NCBI GenBank assembly: GCA_951406725.2
Contig: OX597825.1
Location: forward strand, 36,890,001 to 36,954,000
Direction of reading: 5' to 3'
Source of the DNA: Octopus vulgaris
Lineage: Eukaryota
DNA: 64,000 bases
Shown here: one piece after another, positions 25,927 to 39,864 of the stretch
Position numbering within the stretch: position 1 is the first letter of the stretch
How the letters are laid out: each line of letters begins with the position of its first letter
The notes under the pieces: model-generated
The model's input: the letters and a program-made list of their open reading frames with translations, nothing else
Database searches by the model: none
Told to the model about the DNA's origin: nothing
Program-made: the position numbers and the translations under genes

Positions 25927-27306
25927 ATGGATCGCCTGACCATCGGGACGCATCCTTTCCACAAGAAGCGGAAGAGAATGCGTTCTAGTTTGGTGATGGT
26001 AGGGTCGGGACAAGGCACGACGGTCAGGCGGTTGTAGATGACGGACGCGATGTACGTGTTCGCCACCTCCGCCCGACCTTTTAGGGACAGTTTCCTCTCG
26101 GCCCATTGCCGGGCGAGAGTGACCACCCTACTCGTTATCTCGTTCCAGTTCTTCTCCATTTGGAGGTGCGGACCAAACCAGACCCGAGCAACTCGACCGG
26201 ACCGTCGGTCCAGCGTCCCACGACGGGGGCGCTGGTGGACGGCATGGGCTTGCTTCTCCAGGTGCCGAGTCGCAAGCCCACTGATTTTTGCCGGTTGATT
26301 TTTGCTCCTGTCACCGCTTCGTAGTTTTTTTCAGTGTCTCGCCGACCTGCTCGATATGCTCGTGGCTAGACACTATGACGGTGACGTCGTCCGCGTATGC
26401 AGACACGCTCGTTCCGCATCCCAGTTCTCGCGTGATGCCCCTCAGAGTTGCCAGCTTCCGCAATAATGGCTCAAGAGTCAATACGTATAGAAGCGACGAG
26501 AGGGGGCATCCCTGACGGACCAAACATGCGATGTCGAAAGGTCTCAATAGATGTCCATTTACGCGAATTACCGAACGGATGCCTCTGTACAAAGCGGCTA
26601 TCCAGCCGCGGAAGACGGGATCGAAACCAGCCGCTCTCAGGACTGCCTCCAAGTATCGATGGTCTACCGTATCGAAAGCTTTCGATTGATCCAAATTGAA
26701 CAGCGCCCCACCCATGCCAGGTTCCTTAACTACCATGTCTATGATGTAGCGCATCAAGTGGGAGTTGTCATGGATGCTCCGGCCCGGCACGGCGCACGTT
26801 TGTGCCTTGTCGACCAGTTTCTCGATGACAAGCGCCAACCTCTTGGCTAACACCTTGGCAAAAATTTTCAACTCTGCATTAAGCAGAGTGATGGACCTAA
26901 AGTTATCAATTACATTCCCTTTGTTTAGATCTTTCTTCAGCAGTGTTACGGCTCCTTGGCTCACAAAACCAGGAATGCTTCCGTTTTGCTGCCAGTTGCA
27001 GTACACCGCTGCCAAGACGTCTCCAAACAAATCTGGCATACAACTGTAAAGCTCGTAGGGTAAACCATCCAGGCCCGGCGATTTGTCCCTCGAGCATTCT
27101 GCCATCGCGTCCTGCACTTCCGCCGCCGTGATGGCACCTTCGCAGCGCCCTGCTTCTCTTGTCGAGAGTCGTGGTAGGCTGTGTAGGTAGGCGCTGAAGT
27201 CCACCCTACGTTCTTGCTCGCCACTCGTCCCGAACAGTCGGGCAAAATGCTGTTGAAAGGCCTCACACATTTTACTTGGCTCGAGCAATTCGCGTCCCTG
27301 TTCATC
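25927..27306 (-). pseudogene. Tx1 ORF2 reverse transcriptase segment, inverted relative to its flanks
   Basis: KSPGLDGLP, NFRSITLLN, LDQSKAFD, VRQGCPLS, AYADDVT, LSLKGR. Confidence 0.93.
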
Positions 27307-28278
27307 TGCTGTCAACACCCGTTAAAAGGAGGACTGGGCATGCCGTGGTTGATGATGCGCAGACACGCGCTGAGACTGCGACATCTCAGGCTCTACGTAG
27401 ACGACGGTGAACAGGTGTGGTCGCCGTTTGTGAGGCAGGCTTTCCCGCAACTCGTCTCCATGACCGAACTGCAGTCGTGGATCAAAAAGAGGCCGAGGAA
27501 GGGCGAATGGCACCGCGAGTGTTGCGTTGCTCTCAAGCAACTATGCCGTCCCGGGTCGACCTTGGGTGACTCCAACACAACCCAAACATTCTATAGGGGA
27601 TTAGTGGAGGGGAGGTCCGACGACGAACTCGGGGCGAACCTGGACGTCGACGAGGAATACCTGACCCGCCTGCTCGGGACGACTTTCGGGCCAGGGCCCA
27701 TGGACAACTTCCAGAGATCCCTGGTCTGGCAGTGCTACCGAGAAGCGCTACTCGTTCGGGATAAGCTCTACAGACAAGGCTCGAGAAACACGGGGCCGAC
27801 CTGCCCGAGATGCGGCCAGAGCGACGAAACCGTTCTGCACGCACTCGTGCAATGTCCAACCATTTCCGACCAGTGGGCTTATGTCGAACAACTGCTGTCA
27901 CGTGTGGGGCGAGTAGGTTTATCAGCCGAGTCTATCGTCAATATTGTCACGCCTCCTTCCTTCAAACGAGAAGGAAGAGCTATTTTCATCATCCTTGTGG
28001 CTATGGCGAAAGAATGTATCTGGTGGATGCATCTGAAAGGATTGAAGACAAATACTTTCTTCTCTGGTCAATCTCTCATCAACTTCTTCAAGTATCATTT
28101 GAAAAGGAAAGTGAGAGTAGAGAGGCAAGTTTTGTCTAGCGAATGTTTTAAAAAAAGATGGGTGAATGTAGGAAGGATGGCACGTATGAATAACGAAGCC
28201 ACCTTGAGCATAATCCTACGAACCCGGAAATTGAAAACAGAGGGTTACCCACTTGCAAACAAATGTGGTAACATGTAA
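27307..28278 (+). pseudogene. Tx1 ORF2 C-terminus with zinc knuckle
   Basis: HPLKGGLGMP ... CPRCGQSDETVLHALVQC. Confidence 0.9.
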
Positions 28279-29000
28279 CAATATTGACCGAGGTTACCGT
28301 GGTCTTTTCCGTAGGCTTTTCTTCCCACGGATAAACCTTATCTGCTTCCCCCTTTACACCGTACATCATGACACTGTGATACACGATCCCTATTGATCGT
28401 TTTTTTTCTTTTTCCCCTTTTTCCCTTTTTTTCTTCTTTTTTCTTTTCTTTTGTTTCTTTTGTTTTTTTCTTTTTTTCTTCTTTCCCTTTTACGATCCCT
28501 TTTGATCGAAAACCTACCACACTTTTTTTTTCTCCAAAAAAAGAAAAGCTCTACTTTGTAATCTGTCCCGTCTGTGTGCAGCCCTGTGTGGCTAATAAAG
28601 AAACGTATCTATCTATCTATCCATCTCTCTATCTATCTTTCTGTCTGCCTGTCTCTCTGTCTGAACTAAAAGGAGGAGTAGGAGTATAAGGAAAAAGTTC
28701 ATTTGAGCCTGGCGGTGACATATCAAGTTTGAGTATGAAACTTTACTCACTCCATTTCTTTGAGAATATGGATTCATAATATGAAAATATGCCACACATT
28801 GATAAATAAATGATGGAATGGCCTGTAGTGCCGAACTGGATGGTGACAGGCTGGTCTGGAATAAGTAGCATTATGCTTCCAATGTGCTCCGGAAAGTGAT
28901 CGGCCTGTGTCCTCAATGTAAATAGTGCCGGGAATACAGACCACATACAAACACACACATAAACGTATAGGCACGTATGTATACACATATATCCATGAAA

Positions 29001-29046
<46 letters not shown>

Positions 29047-29048
29047 AT

Positions 29049-29291
29049 ACACGAAGGGGTACTGTAAATAAAGGAGGATCAGTTACTCTTTTACTCTTTT
29101 ACTTGTTTCAGTCATTTGACTGTGGCCATGCTGGGGCACCGCTTTTAGTCGAGCAAATCGACCCGAGGATTTATTCTTTGTAAGCCTAGTACTTATTCTA
29201 TCGATCTCTTTTGCCGAACCGCTAAGTTACGAGGACGTAAACATACCAGCAGTGGTTGTCCAGCGATGGGGCAAACACAGACACACAAACA

Positions 29292-29345
<54 letters not shown>

Positions 29346-29676
29346 TACATATATACCGACGGACTTCTTTCAGTTTCCGTCTACCAAATCCACTCACAAG
29401 GCTTTGGTCGGCCCGAGGCTACAGTAGAAGACACTTGCCCAAGGTGCCACGCAGTTGGACTCAACCCGGAACCATGTGGTTGGTAAGCAACTATACACCA
29501 CACAGCCACTCCTACGCCTATGATTTTATTGAACATATTCCACTCTCAGATTCACACACTTATTGCAGCGGTCCTTCAGTTTTTCTAAGCCCTGCAAAAT
29601 AACTCGGAAGGTTGGGACTCCAGCCAGGTCATTTGCAATACTCTTAAAGCCAGAGAGTTTTCAGTACCCCCTCGTA
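29049..29676. mobile_element. Mariner-type MITE split by a SINE insertion
   Basis: Left end acgaaggggtactg, right end cagtaccccctcgta; uninterrupted relative at ~50917-51116. Confidence 0.72.
29086..29518 (-). mobile_element. Full-length SINE family A with internal (TA)n tract
   Basis: Minus strand: aggagtggctgtgtgg head, ccttgggcaagtgtctt, tail gtaaaagagtaaaagag. Confidence 0.9.
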
Positions 29677-29682
29677 CACACA

Positions 29683-29756
<74 letters not shown>

Positions 29757-30190
29757 CACACGCATACATACACATATACATACGCAGATACATAGTAAAA
29801 AGACGTCAATGTTAACAGCGAAAACACTTGTGATAGAAATGTCAATCCCATGACATCTGAAGCCGTTAAACTGGCAACAACCAAGGAGACAAGATGGCCA
29901 GACACTACAATACATTGCAGGTTTTGTGTGAAACTAAGTTTCTCCCATGTGTGCTTAGATACGCATATATAAACACACACACACACACGTGCATCTGTAT
30001 TTGGATGGCCGTTATTTCCCTTGAGTTCAACCCACTGTTTTAATTTTCTGCTGGTTGGTTGTTAAACATATAACTCTCTAAGGTACACCAACGTCACACG
30101 CTCAGACATGTGTGCAAATGTATGTTTGTATGAATGTTTGTGTGTAACTGTTTTCGAGCGTGTATCCACATATACCTACAAGCATACAAG

Positions 30191-30303
<113 letters not shown>

Positions 30304-30369
30304 TTATATTATATCCATAATTGCATGCAGATGAATACGTACATGCATACATATACACATACACACACA

Positions 30370-30433
<64 letters not shown>

Positions 30434-30434
30434 A

Positions 30435-30470
<36 letters not shown>

Positions 30471-30746
30471 ATGTTTGTGTGTATGTATGTGCGTGAGTAT
30501 AATTTTTGGTATATATATGAGAAGTATATACAAGTTGAATTAATAAAGAATGCTATGTACTACACATATTACAATCTATTTTCAGTTTATGTGGTTAACT
30601 GTGCTTTCTTTCTCTTTCAGGGGTGGCTGTGTTATAGTGTTAGAAAAGATGCAAGAGGTCATTCATAGCAAAGGACAACTCACATAACCTCAGCGTAATG
30701 CATACACACACACACACACACAAACATACACACACAAACACACACA

Positions 30747-30796
<50 letters not shown>

Positions 30797-31020
30797 AGAA
30801 AGCCTCGATATAAGAAATCATGAACGTAAAGATTGGCGACGTAAACATAAACGTTGGTGGAAAGGTCAATACCCCTATTGGATGGAACAAATTTTCTACT
30901 GACAAGCAATATCCAGCTTTATTTTGTCTGTCAGTTATTATCCGAAATGCTACACTTCTGTTTCATAAAGAAAGAGCAAAGCCTAGAGCTGCAGAGAATT
31001 GTCACTACGATCAATTTTGA

Positions 31021-31060
31021 TATTCCTTGATGAAGTGCTATAGTCCGAAAAGTTAATTGC
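31021..31060 (+). ncRNA. Degenerate minimal hammerhead-like motif
   Basis: TTGATGA-a-gtgc tata gtcc-GAAA-agt-TA; several substitutions relative to the 13917 type. Confidence 0.4.
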
Positions 31061-31855
31061 CCATCTATTTTTTTCAACACTTTGCAGTTAGTTACATTAT
31101 ACTTCCGCTATTTTTTTATGCTGATCGTCGTTCATGAAAACTTTTGTACCTATTGCCAGGCGTTGACAAGCATCTCACACGCTGTCCTGTGAAATTAAAG
31201 AAGCACACACACATAAATACACACACACTTACACACATAATACACATGTTTACATATGTATATACATGTAAACATATGCATGTATGTGTGTATGTATATG
31301 TGCATGTATACATGTATATACATATATATACATGTATATATAGATATGTGTACATATATATATATATATACATATACACATTTATCTATAAATATATAAA
31401 TATATGTGTGTATGTATGTGTGCATGTATACATGTATATATATATGCACACAAATATGTATATATGTGTATACACACACACACATATATATGTACATAAA
31501 TATACGCAGATACATTTTTTATTTATATTCGGCATGAGATTTAAAGGTCGAATGTAAATATAAATATTAAGTATATATACTCATGTATTGAGTTGTAGTT
31601 TCCTCGTTTGCTCTTTCAAACCTACACACACGCACACACGCGCACACACACACGCACATTCGCACACACACACACACACATGCAAGCACACACATATACC
31701 CACATGTATACACACAAACGCACACACATGTACACATATGTGTAACTTACATAAAGACATGCAAGCACTTTCACCTTTAAATATTTATGAATAAATTCAT
31801 ATATTTGTATATCACATCATAACGATATTAATAAGCATAATGCATATTATTTCAA

Positions 31856-31886
<31 letters not shown>

Positions 31887-31959
31887 CATACATACATCTA
31901 CACACACTCACACACACACACACATACACATATATATATATATACACGCAAAAGCACAC

Positions 31960-32372
31960 ATACTCTTTTATTCTTTTTACTCTTTTACTTGTTTCAGTCA
32001 TTTGACTGCGACCATGCTGGAGCACCGCCTTTAGTCGAGCAAATCGACCCCAGGACTTATTCTTTGGAGGCCTAATACTTATTCTATCATCTCTTTTGCC
32101 GAACCGCTAAGTTACGGGGACGTAGACACACCACCATCAAATATCAAGCGAAGTTGGGGGGGGGGGAAACATAGACACACAAACAAATACATACATATAC
32201 ATATATATATACATATATGCGACGGGATTCTTTCAGTTTCCGTCTACCAAATCCACTCACAAGGCTTTAGTCGACCCGAGGCTATAGTAGAAGACACTTG
32301 CCCAAGGTGCCACGCAGTGGGTCTGAACCTGGAACCATGTGGTTGGTAAGCAAGCTACTTACCACACAGCCA
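31960..32372 (-). mobile_element. Full-length SINE family A
   Basis: Co-linear with 29086-29518. Confidence 0.9.
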
Positions 32373-33027
32373 TTCATGTAAATATGTATATATGTATACA
32401 TATATATGTAAGTGTGTGTGTATGTATATATATATATATTTATATACATATACATTGCATGCTCATATACAAAAGTCCACGTATATACTTTATACACGTC
32501 CACCCTTTTCGAATGTGGGTTTCATATTTTCAGTAGAAATTTGTACATTGTTTCTGCATTCTGTAGTTATACGCAAATGAACTAGAGATTAGATGGGATT
32601 ATTAATATTCTACCCTGGGTAGAACGTACAGTAGTGATGCATTGAGGGAGAGAGAAGTGCATGAAGAACAAGTTCTTCTTGCACTTCTCTCTCCCTCTCA
32701 CCCTCTTCCTCCTACCTCTTTTTCTCGCTCTGTGACTTTGAGATTTATGGCTACATACATACATATGTATATGTACAGAAAGACAAACGGACAAACACAT
32801 GCATACACGCGCGCTTGCACACACAGATATATGTATATGTGTACACACACACACACACACTCACACATACACACACACACACAAATATATACATATATAT
32901 ACATATATACATATCAAATGGATGTCTTATAAAAATATTCCGCACATACAATAGCAGCCATACAAACAATCCAATACACCTCCATCAACAGCTACTCCAT
33001 ATATATATATATATATATTTCTTACTT

Positions 33028-33120
<93 letters not shown>

Positions 33121-33122
<2 letters not shown>

Positions 33123-33716
33123 GTCACGTGTGGGACGAGTCGGTTTATCAGCCGAGTCTATCGTCAATATCGTCACGCCTCCTTCCTTCAAACGAGAAGG
33201 AAGAACTATTTTCATCGTACTTGTGGCTATGGCGAAAGAATATATCTGGTGGACGCGTCTGAAAGGATTAGAGACAAACACTTTCCTCTCTGGTCAATCT
33301 CTCATCAACTTCTTCAAGTATCACTTGAAAAGGAAAGTGAGAGTAGAGAGGCAAGTTTTGTCTAGCGAATGTTTCAAAAAAAGATGGGTGAATGTAGGAA
33401 GGATGGCACGCATGAATGGCGAAGCCACCTTGAGCATAATCCTATGAACCCATAAAAATGTAAAACAGTGTTACTTGCAAATAAATGTGTTAACATATGA
33501 CATCATGGTCTTTTCCGTAGGCTTTTCTTACCACCATGTCTGTTTCCCCCTTTACACTTTACATCATGACATTTATGTAATACACGATCCCTATTGATCG
33601 TTTTACGATCCCTTTTGATCGAAAACCTACCCCCTTTTTTTCTTCCCCCCAAAGAAAAGCTCTACTTCGTAATTTGTCCCCTCTGTGTTCAGCCCTGTGT
33701 GGCTAATAAAGAAACA
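33121..33716 (+). mobile_element. Short 5'-truncated copy of the same Tx1 family, again in (TATC)n
   Basis: Highly similar to 27895-28606; AATAAA at 33705 followed by tatctatct; 5' junction directly after (CTAT)n. Confidence 0.93.
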
Positions 33717-33728
33717 TATCTATCTATG

Positions 33729-33760
<32 letters not shown>

Positions 33761-33910
33761 TGTATGTATGTATGTATGTATGTATGTATGCATGCATGCA
33801 AGCATGTATGTATGTATGTATGTATGTATGTATGTATGTATGCATGTATGTATATATATATACATATTCATCTACACACACACACACACACGCACACATA
33901 CACACACACA

Positions 33911-33986
<76 letters not shown>

Positions 33987-33990
<4 letters not shown>

Positions 33991-34481
33991 GCAATAAGAA
34001 AATGGAGGAGATCAATAGGTGGTTCATCAACTTCTAGACATTATATTATATCAACTTAATTATTTAAAGTATTTAAATGTCTGTGTATTTTTGATTTATT
34101 TTATATTTATATTTATTTATAACTTAACCTTATGTACTTTATAAAATCTCTGACGAAACCTAGAGTAACACCCAAGTACCTCAATTTCATCTACTTATTA
34201 CTTCAGTCTAGAGGAGGAATAAAGGTAGAAAGAGGTATTTTTGCCTCTTGGCTGAAAAAGCTGTAAGTTATTTTCACAATTTATATTCCTGTATGTTATA
34301 TTTTAATAATTACTGGTATCTTTATATATTAATATATTTTTATATGTAAAGCATAAGGTGTTATACATGTATGTATATTCTTGTAATTGTCATTTTAGTA
34401 AATAGATAAGTTGACATAACATGATGTCTAAAGGTTGATGACTACCACCTATTGATCCCCTCCATTTTCTTATTGCTCTAT
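33987..34481. repeat. Inverted repeats (~80-bp arms, 33987-34067 / ~34400-34481) enclosing a hammerhead-like motif
   Basis: tagagcaataagaaaatggagg.gatcaataggtggt vs accacctattgatcccctccattttcttattgctcta. Confidence 0.85.
34143..34273 (+). ncRNA. Type I hammerhead-like motif with ~95-nt extended stem II (partly decayed)
   Basis: aaaatct-CTGACGA(34150)-a cctagag..agtacctc..tctac..|..gtaga..gaggtatt..ctcttgg ct-GAAA(34254)-aagctg-TA-agttatttt. Confidence 0.6.
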
Positions 34482-35645
34482 AAATTAATGGTAAAATATC
34501 TCTTTACCTTCACCCATTTAGTACACTCGGTAATGTAACTGCAATGCAATAAAAAACACTTGTGTATTAATTATTGGGTATTCTACCAGCAGTATATTGG
34601 ATAGATATTATTCCTTGGTTGGTTGGATTCACAACCTCTAACTTTCTTGGAATATATATACTTATAACGGTGGTGCCCCAGCATGGCCGCAGCCTTCGGG
34701 TTGAAACATTTTAAAGGATTTTAAGGATTTATGTATATGAAAAATACCGGAAAAAGGTTGAAAATGTGTCAAAAATTTTATATAGATATTTTTTCGTGTT
34801 TAAATGAAAACAATTTTTACTTTTTAACATCAGGGTAAAATATTCTTTCTATGTATTTATATGTGCGAAGTTAAAAATATGAAAGTAAGTTTTCACTGAA
34901 TAAATGTTTTTGTATTAAAACATATTGGTGTCTGAAAATATATTGGTGTACGTAAGGTAAGATTGACATGTAAAACAAGAGAAAATGAGAGAAGGTAAAA
35001 ATATAGAGGATTACATGTTAATTCGAGTCTTCTGTATAGAAAAAGGTTTCGTAGCATACATTTTTGAGAGTGTTACGGATAAAAGAGGTTTTGTAAGATA
35101 AGAAAAGAGTAATATTGATCTGAACAGGATCCGGTTTACGCTGATATTCAACCTTTCAGAGTCTTGAATAACTTTTTCAAATTTATGTGGATTAATGAAT
35201 AAGTAGGCGTGTGACTTTTACACATACATACATACATACATACATACACATACATATATATAAATTAAAATAAAAATGGAAAGCAAAACATTTGACATCA
35301 CTAGAAAAAAATTTAATTTAGATAAATGTTTTTCCCGAGTAATACAAAATGTTTTGCCTTTTTATTTTATTTTAATTTATATCCATCCGTTCAAAGAGAA
35401 ACCATTTCAAGCCGACTTCGATAGGCAGTCTCGATATCACACTTTTCAATTGCTGTTCAAGATGGAGTTTTAGTAGTAAATCAAACTGAGTAGTCAAAGT
35501 ACATATTAATAATCTCTTATTATGTCATGTAAATAATTTTATTCCAGAAATAGTTTGGTTACTTTGGATGTAGTTTTGATATTCGTAACATAGGTAGCAT
35601 AGATATTCTTTTATTCTTTTATGTTTCAGTCTTGTATATATACAT

Positions 35646-35687
<42 letters not shown>

Positions 35688-35688
35688 G

Positions 35689-35759
<71 letters not shown>

Positions 35760-35801
35760 ATAAATCTCTCTCTCACTCTCTCTCTCACTCTCTCTCTACA
35801 C

Positions 35802-35860
<59 letters not shown>

Positions 35861-35954
35861 TTTTGAAGTGATGTACAGATGTATAATTAGAATAGTAAGG
35901 TAGTCAAATTGTTGACTGAATATACACATATTTTTTTATTTACATTTCATTTAC

Positions 35955-35995
35955 AATTTAAGCGCTTTCTTCCGTTATCGGCTTTATCAAAAAGT
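35955..35995 (-). ncRNA. Degenerate minimal hammerhead motif of the GAAA-GCGC type
   Basis: Minus strand: TTGATAA-ag ccg ataa cgg aa-GAAA-gcgc-TT; same loop III as 12901. Confidence 0.4.
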
Positions 35996-36224
35996 GGTTT
36001 AAAGTTAGATTTCTCGGCTTGCCAAGCAAGGGAGAAGAGAGAAGAAAAAGTTTGAGAATGAGGGTGAGGTAAAGAGACGTGGCTTTTGTATTGGCATGGT
36101 CAAACTTGTATGTTTGAAGTAAATGGTCACCCCATAAAACATCGTTTTACGTTTATTTTAACCTGAAAAGGTTTATATTTTTTAATAATGGTCATTTTTA
36201 TGTTTCTGGTTCTATTTGTGGCTT

Positions 36225-36870
36225 TTTAATTGTGCCACGTACAAAAGAAGCCTTGGAACTCTCTGAATTTCAAAGAGGCCATGTTGTGGGTCAATCTGAG
36301 GGTTGACGTAGCGTAAAATCGCAGAAAACCTTAGGATCCCGTTTTCGACAGTTAATAGAGTGATTTTCCAATTCACCAGAGAGGGGAAGGAGTCCATATT
36401 ACCTCGCTCAGGTTAAGAGAAATGTGGGAGATAATCCTCGTTGTAAGGCCTATGACATAGCAGAACAAGTTGATGTTAGTCCCAGAACGGCTGTCAGGTA
36501 TCTCCATAAACTTGGTTACCATGGCAGAGAAGCAAGAAGGAAGCCACTTCTTTGAACCAAGCAGGAAAGGCTACTAGCATTATGGGACACTGTCATATTC
36601 TCTGATGAGTCCAGACTTGCTGTATTTTCTGACAGTGGTCGAGATGGATCTGGAGACCTTGTGTTCAAGAATTTGACGTGAATAGATTGCAGCCAACGAT
36701 GAATAACAGTGGCTTTTCTGTGAAGGTCTGGGGAGCAATTTGGAGTAATGGTCAGTTAGAGCTGGTGGCGCGTGAAGGGAACATAAACTTAAATAAATAT
36801 GCGTCCATATTGCATAAAGGAGTCCCTCCAATTTTCTCCAGTGGTAAAATGATTAAAGAAGACTATTTAT
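36225..36870 (+). pseudogene. Tc1-type transposase remnant
   Basis: [29 protein letters not shown] (HTH), WDTVIFSDES, VKVWGAIWSNG; frameshifts and stops; truncated by a microsatellite. Confidence 0.85.
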
Positions 36871-36903
36871 GGAATATATATACATCTATCTCTATATATA
36901 TAT

Positions 36904-37000
<97 letters not shown>

Positions 37001-37168
37001 CATCTATCTATCTATCTATCTATAGATGTATATGTATACATGCATATGTATACATATATATGTATAGATGTATATGTATATATATGTATATCTATATCTA
37101 TATCTATATCTATATATATGTATACACACACATATATATGTACACACATATATATACACATATACATG

Positions 37169-37200
<32 letters not shown>

Positions 37201-37465
37201 CGTATATATATATATATGTACATATATATATATATACGTATATATACATATAAATCTATGTATATACATGTATATATACATATATACATATACATCTATA
37301 CATATATATGTATACATATGCATGTATACATATACATCTATACGTATACATCTATACACATACACGCTTATATACATACATATGTGCAGATGTATACATA
37401 TATATATACATAATATACATATACATATATATATACATAATATACATATACATATATATATACAT

Positions 37466-37519
<54 letters not shown>

Positions 37520-37989
37520 GTGAGATATGAGACAATAGTTTCACTTTAATACTATCAATAGTGAAACTATTAAACTGAAAGTATCTCACATTACAACAGA
37601 GATGTTATTGTTTCACTTTTGACACATAATACTGAAATTGCTCTGGGTTTGTATTAAGCAAGAAGTTGAATATTTTTTGGGTCCATACACTGCATGGACC
37701 CTAAAAGTAAGGCAAGTGTAAAATTTGAGTGAAATCGGTTGGGTAGTTCTCGAGTTTTAGGGATTCACGCAGACAGATATTCTCAGTTTAATACATATAT
37801 ATGTATCAGTGAACAGGTCGCGGATTTTAGCGACGAAAATATTTTGACAAATTAAACTTAAATGTTGAAGTGAATCGAACGGCTTTTGTGTGTTTCTTAA
37901 ATGGCTTATAAACACCTTCCACGCTGCAATTGTTTTCGTTTCAGCACACGATCTCAGATCAAATTACTTGCTATGCGAGTACATCTCCG

Positions 37990-38031
<42 letters not shown>

Positions 38032-38033
<2 letters not shown>

Positions 38034-38431
38034 TAGCAGTATCGCCCGGCGTTGCTCGGGTTTGTAAGGGAAATAACTATATAAGCATTTTTAGAGAGTT
38101 ATAGCCAAAAAAATAGCAAAAAAAATGCATTAAAAATTGAAAAAAAAATTAAGGTAAATTTTTTTTTAAATCGTTGACACATCGTAGATATTTTTAGAGA
38201 GTTACTTCCCTTATATAAAAGCGAAAAAAATGCATTAAAATGGAAAAATATGATGGTAAATTTTTTTAAAATCGTAGACTCATCGTAGACGCGCGCTAAT
38301 ATCCAGAAGGGCTCGATATGAATCACGACTATAAGATACCCGCTTTTGGTTAAACTGCACCGCAAAATGTGGGAGTAATTACGAATGTAAATCGAAGGGG
38401 ACAGACACACAACTTCACTCTTATATAAAGA
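38032..38431 (+). mobile_element. Non-autonomous Helitron/Helentron-like (HINE-type) element
   Basis: Starts actagc...cccggcgttgctcggg hairpin, has internal short repeats, ends gacagacac...ttatataaagat; follows (TA)n. Confidence 0.6.
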
Positions 38432-39192
38432 TGCTTTTTATTTTTCAGTAGAAAATCCTTCGAATTCTGACTCGCTGCTTGATATAATGAAATTCGTATC
38501 CATTTTTTGTCAGAATTACAAATTTTGAAAACACAATAGGAACAAATTTCGGAAAAAAATCTCCCATAATTCACGGAATTAAAATTACACTTCGATTTTT
38601 GTATAAAACTGTATTTGAAGTGTTTACGAAGTATAATACGTGTTTTCACGAATGTACTAAAGAGATTTACTCTGATATTCTCATTTAAATATGAATAGGT
38701 AAATTCGGGCGGTTTGGTAACGAAAGGGTTTATATAAGTGTCGTCTGTTTATACATAAACACTGTTTCATAGTTTCAGTTTAGTCTTCCTCAAATCACTG
38801 TCGCTAATTTACTCTCTTCCAAGAACATTTTCACTCACTGTTATCTGTTAGCTTCCCATACATTTTACTCATGTATCTATCAGCGTGATAGACAGAAACA
38901 AATATTACATTTACTTTCATTTTATTCGTTGCCCAGTGTGTGTGTGCGTTTGCGTGTGGTGTAAACCAGACTAAGAAAAGCATTTGACACACACCAGAAT
39001 GTGAGTTTTCTGTAAATTTTGCTTAATTGGAGTTTAAATTTTAAAAACTGGACCTGGCATGACGCGATGCATTGTACTCTTAAAACTGCTAGGTAAATTG
39101 TAATTGAAGAAATCCTATATTGTAGATTTGTATAACTCCCAAAGGGAGGCAGATAAAATCTGCCTTTTATAATAAGAGATATATATATATAT

Positions 39193-39576
39193 TAAATTAG
39201 AGATAAAACCACTATTAGGCAATTCAAACAGTGATAGACATAAACCACAACATAAAAACAAAAAATAAATATAATATAATATATAATATATATATAAAAC
39301 TTAAAATTTAAAAATTTTTACATTTTTAAATTTTTATATTTTAAAATTTTTTAATTTTTAAATTCTAAATAAAATGTAAAAATGTAAAAATTTAAAATTA
39401 TAAAAATTTAAAAATATAAAAATTTAAAAATTTAAAATTTTAATAATTTAAATTTTAAACTTTATATTTTATATATATATTATATATTATATTAATTATA
39501 TTTATTTTTTGTCTTTATGTTTTGGTTTATGTCTATCACTGTTTGAATTGCCTAATAGCGGTTTTATCTCTAATTT
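39193..39576. repeat. ~385-bp fold-back (inverted duplication) with an AT-rich core
   Basis: taaattagagataaaaccactattaggcaattcaaacagtgatagacataaacc vs ggtttatgtctatcactgtttgaattgcctaatagcggttttatctctaattta. Confidence 0.92.
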
Positions 39577-39649
39577 AATTTATATTTATACTGTGAAATT
39601 TGATTTAATCCTAAATCTAATTTTTCCCTGTAAGTTTGGATATACTCCC

Positions 39650-39733
<84 letters not shown>

Positions 39734-39792
39734 GTGTGTGTGTATGTTTTTATATATACATATATACATACATACATACATACATACACACA

Positions 39793-39864
<72 letters not shown>

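Larger units (their letters stand above)
25088..28606 (+). mobile_element. 5'-truncated Tx1/L1-clade LINE (APE-RT-zinc knuckle) with an internal inversion, flanked by (TATC)n
   Basis: APE motifs on +, RT on -, C-terminus and 3' UTR with AATAAA (28594) on +. Confidence 0.92.

Noticed and set aside
36601-36612. CTGATGA core
   Set aside because: It is the SDES coding motif of the Tc1 transposase; no stem II or GAAA
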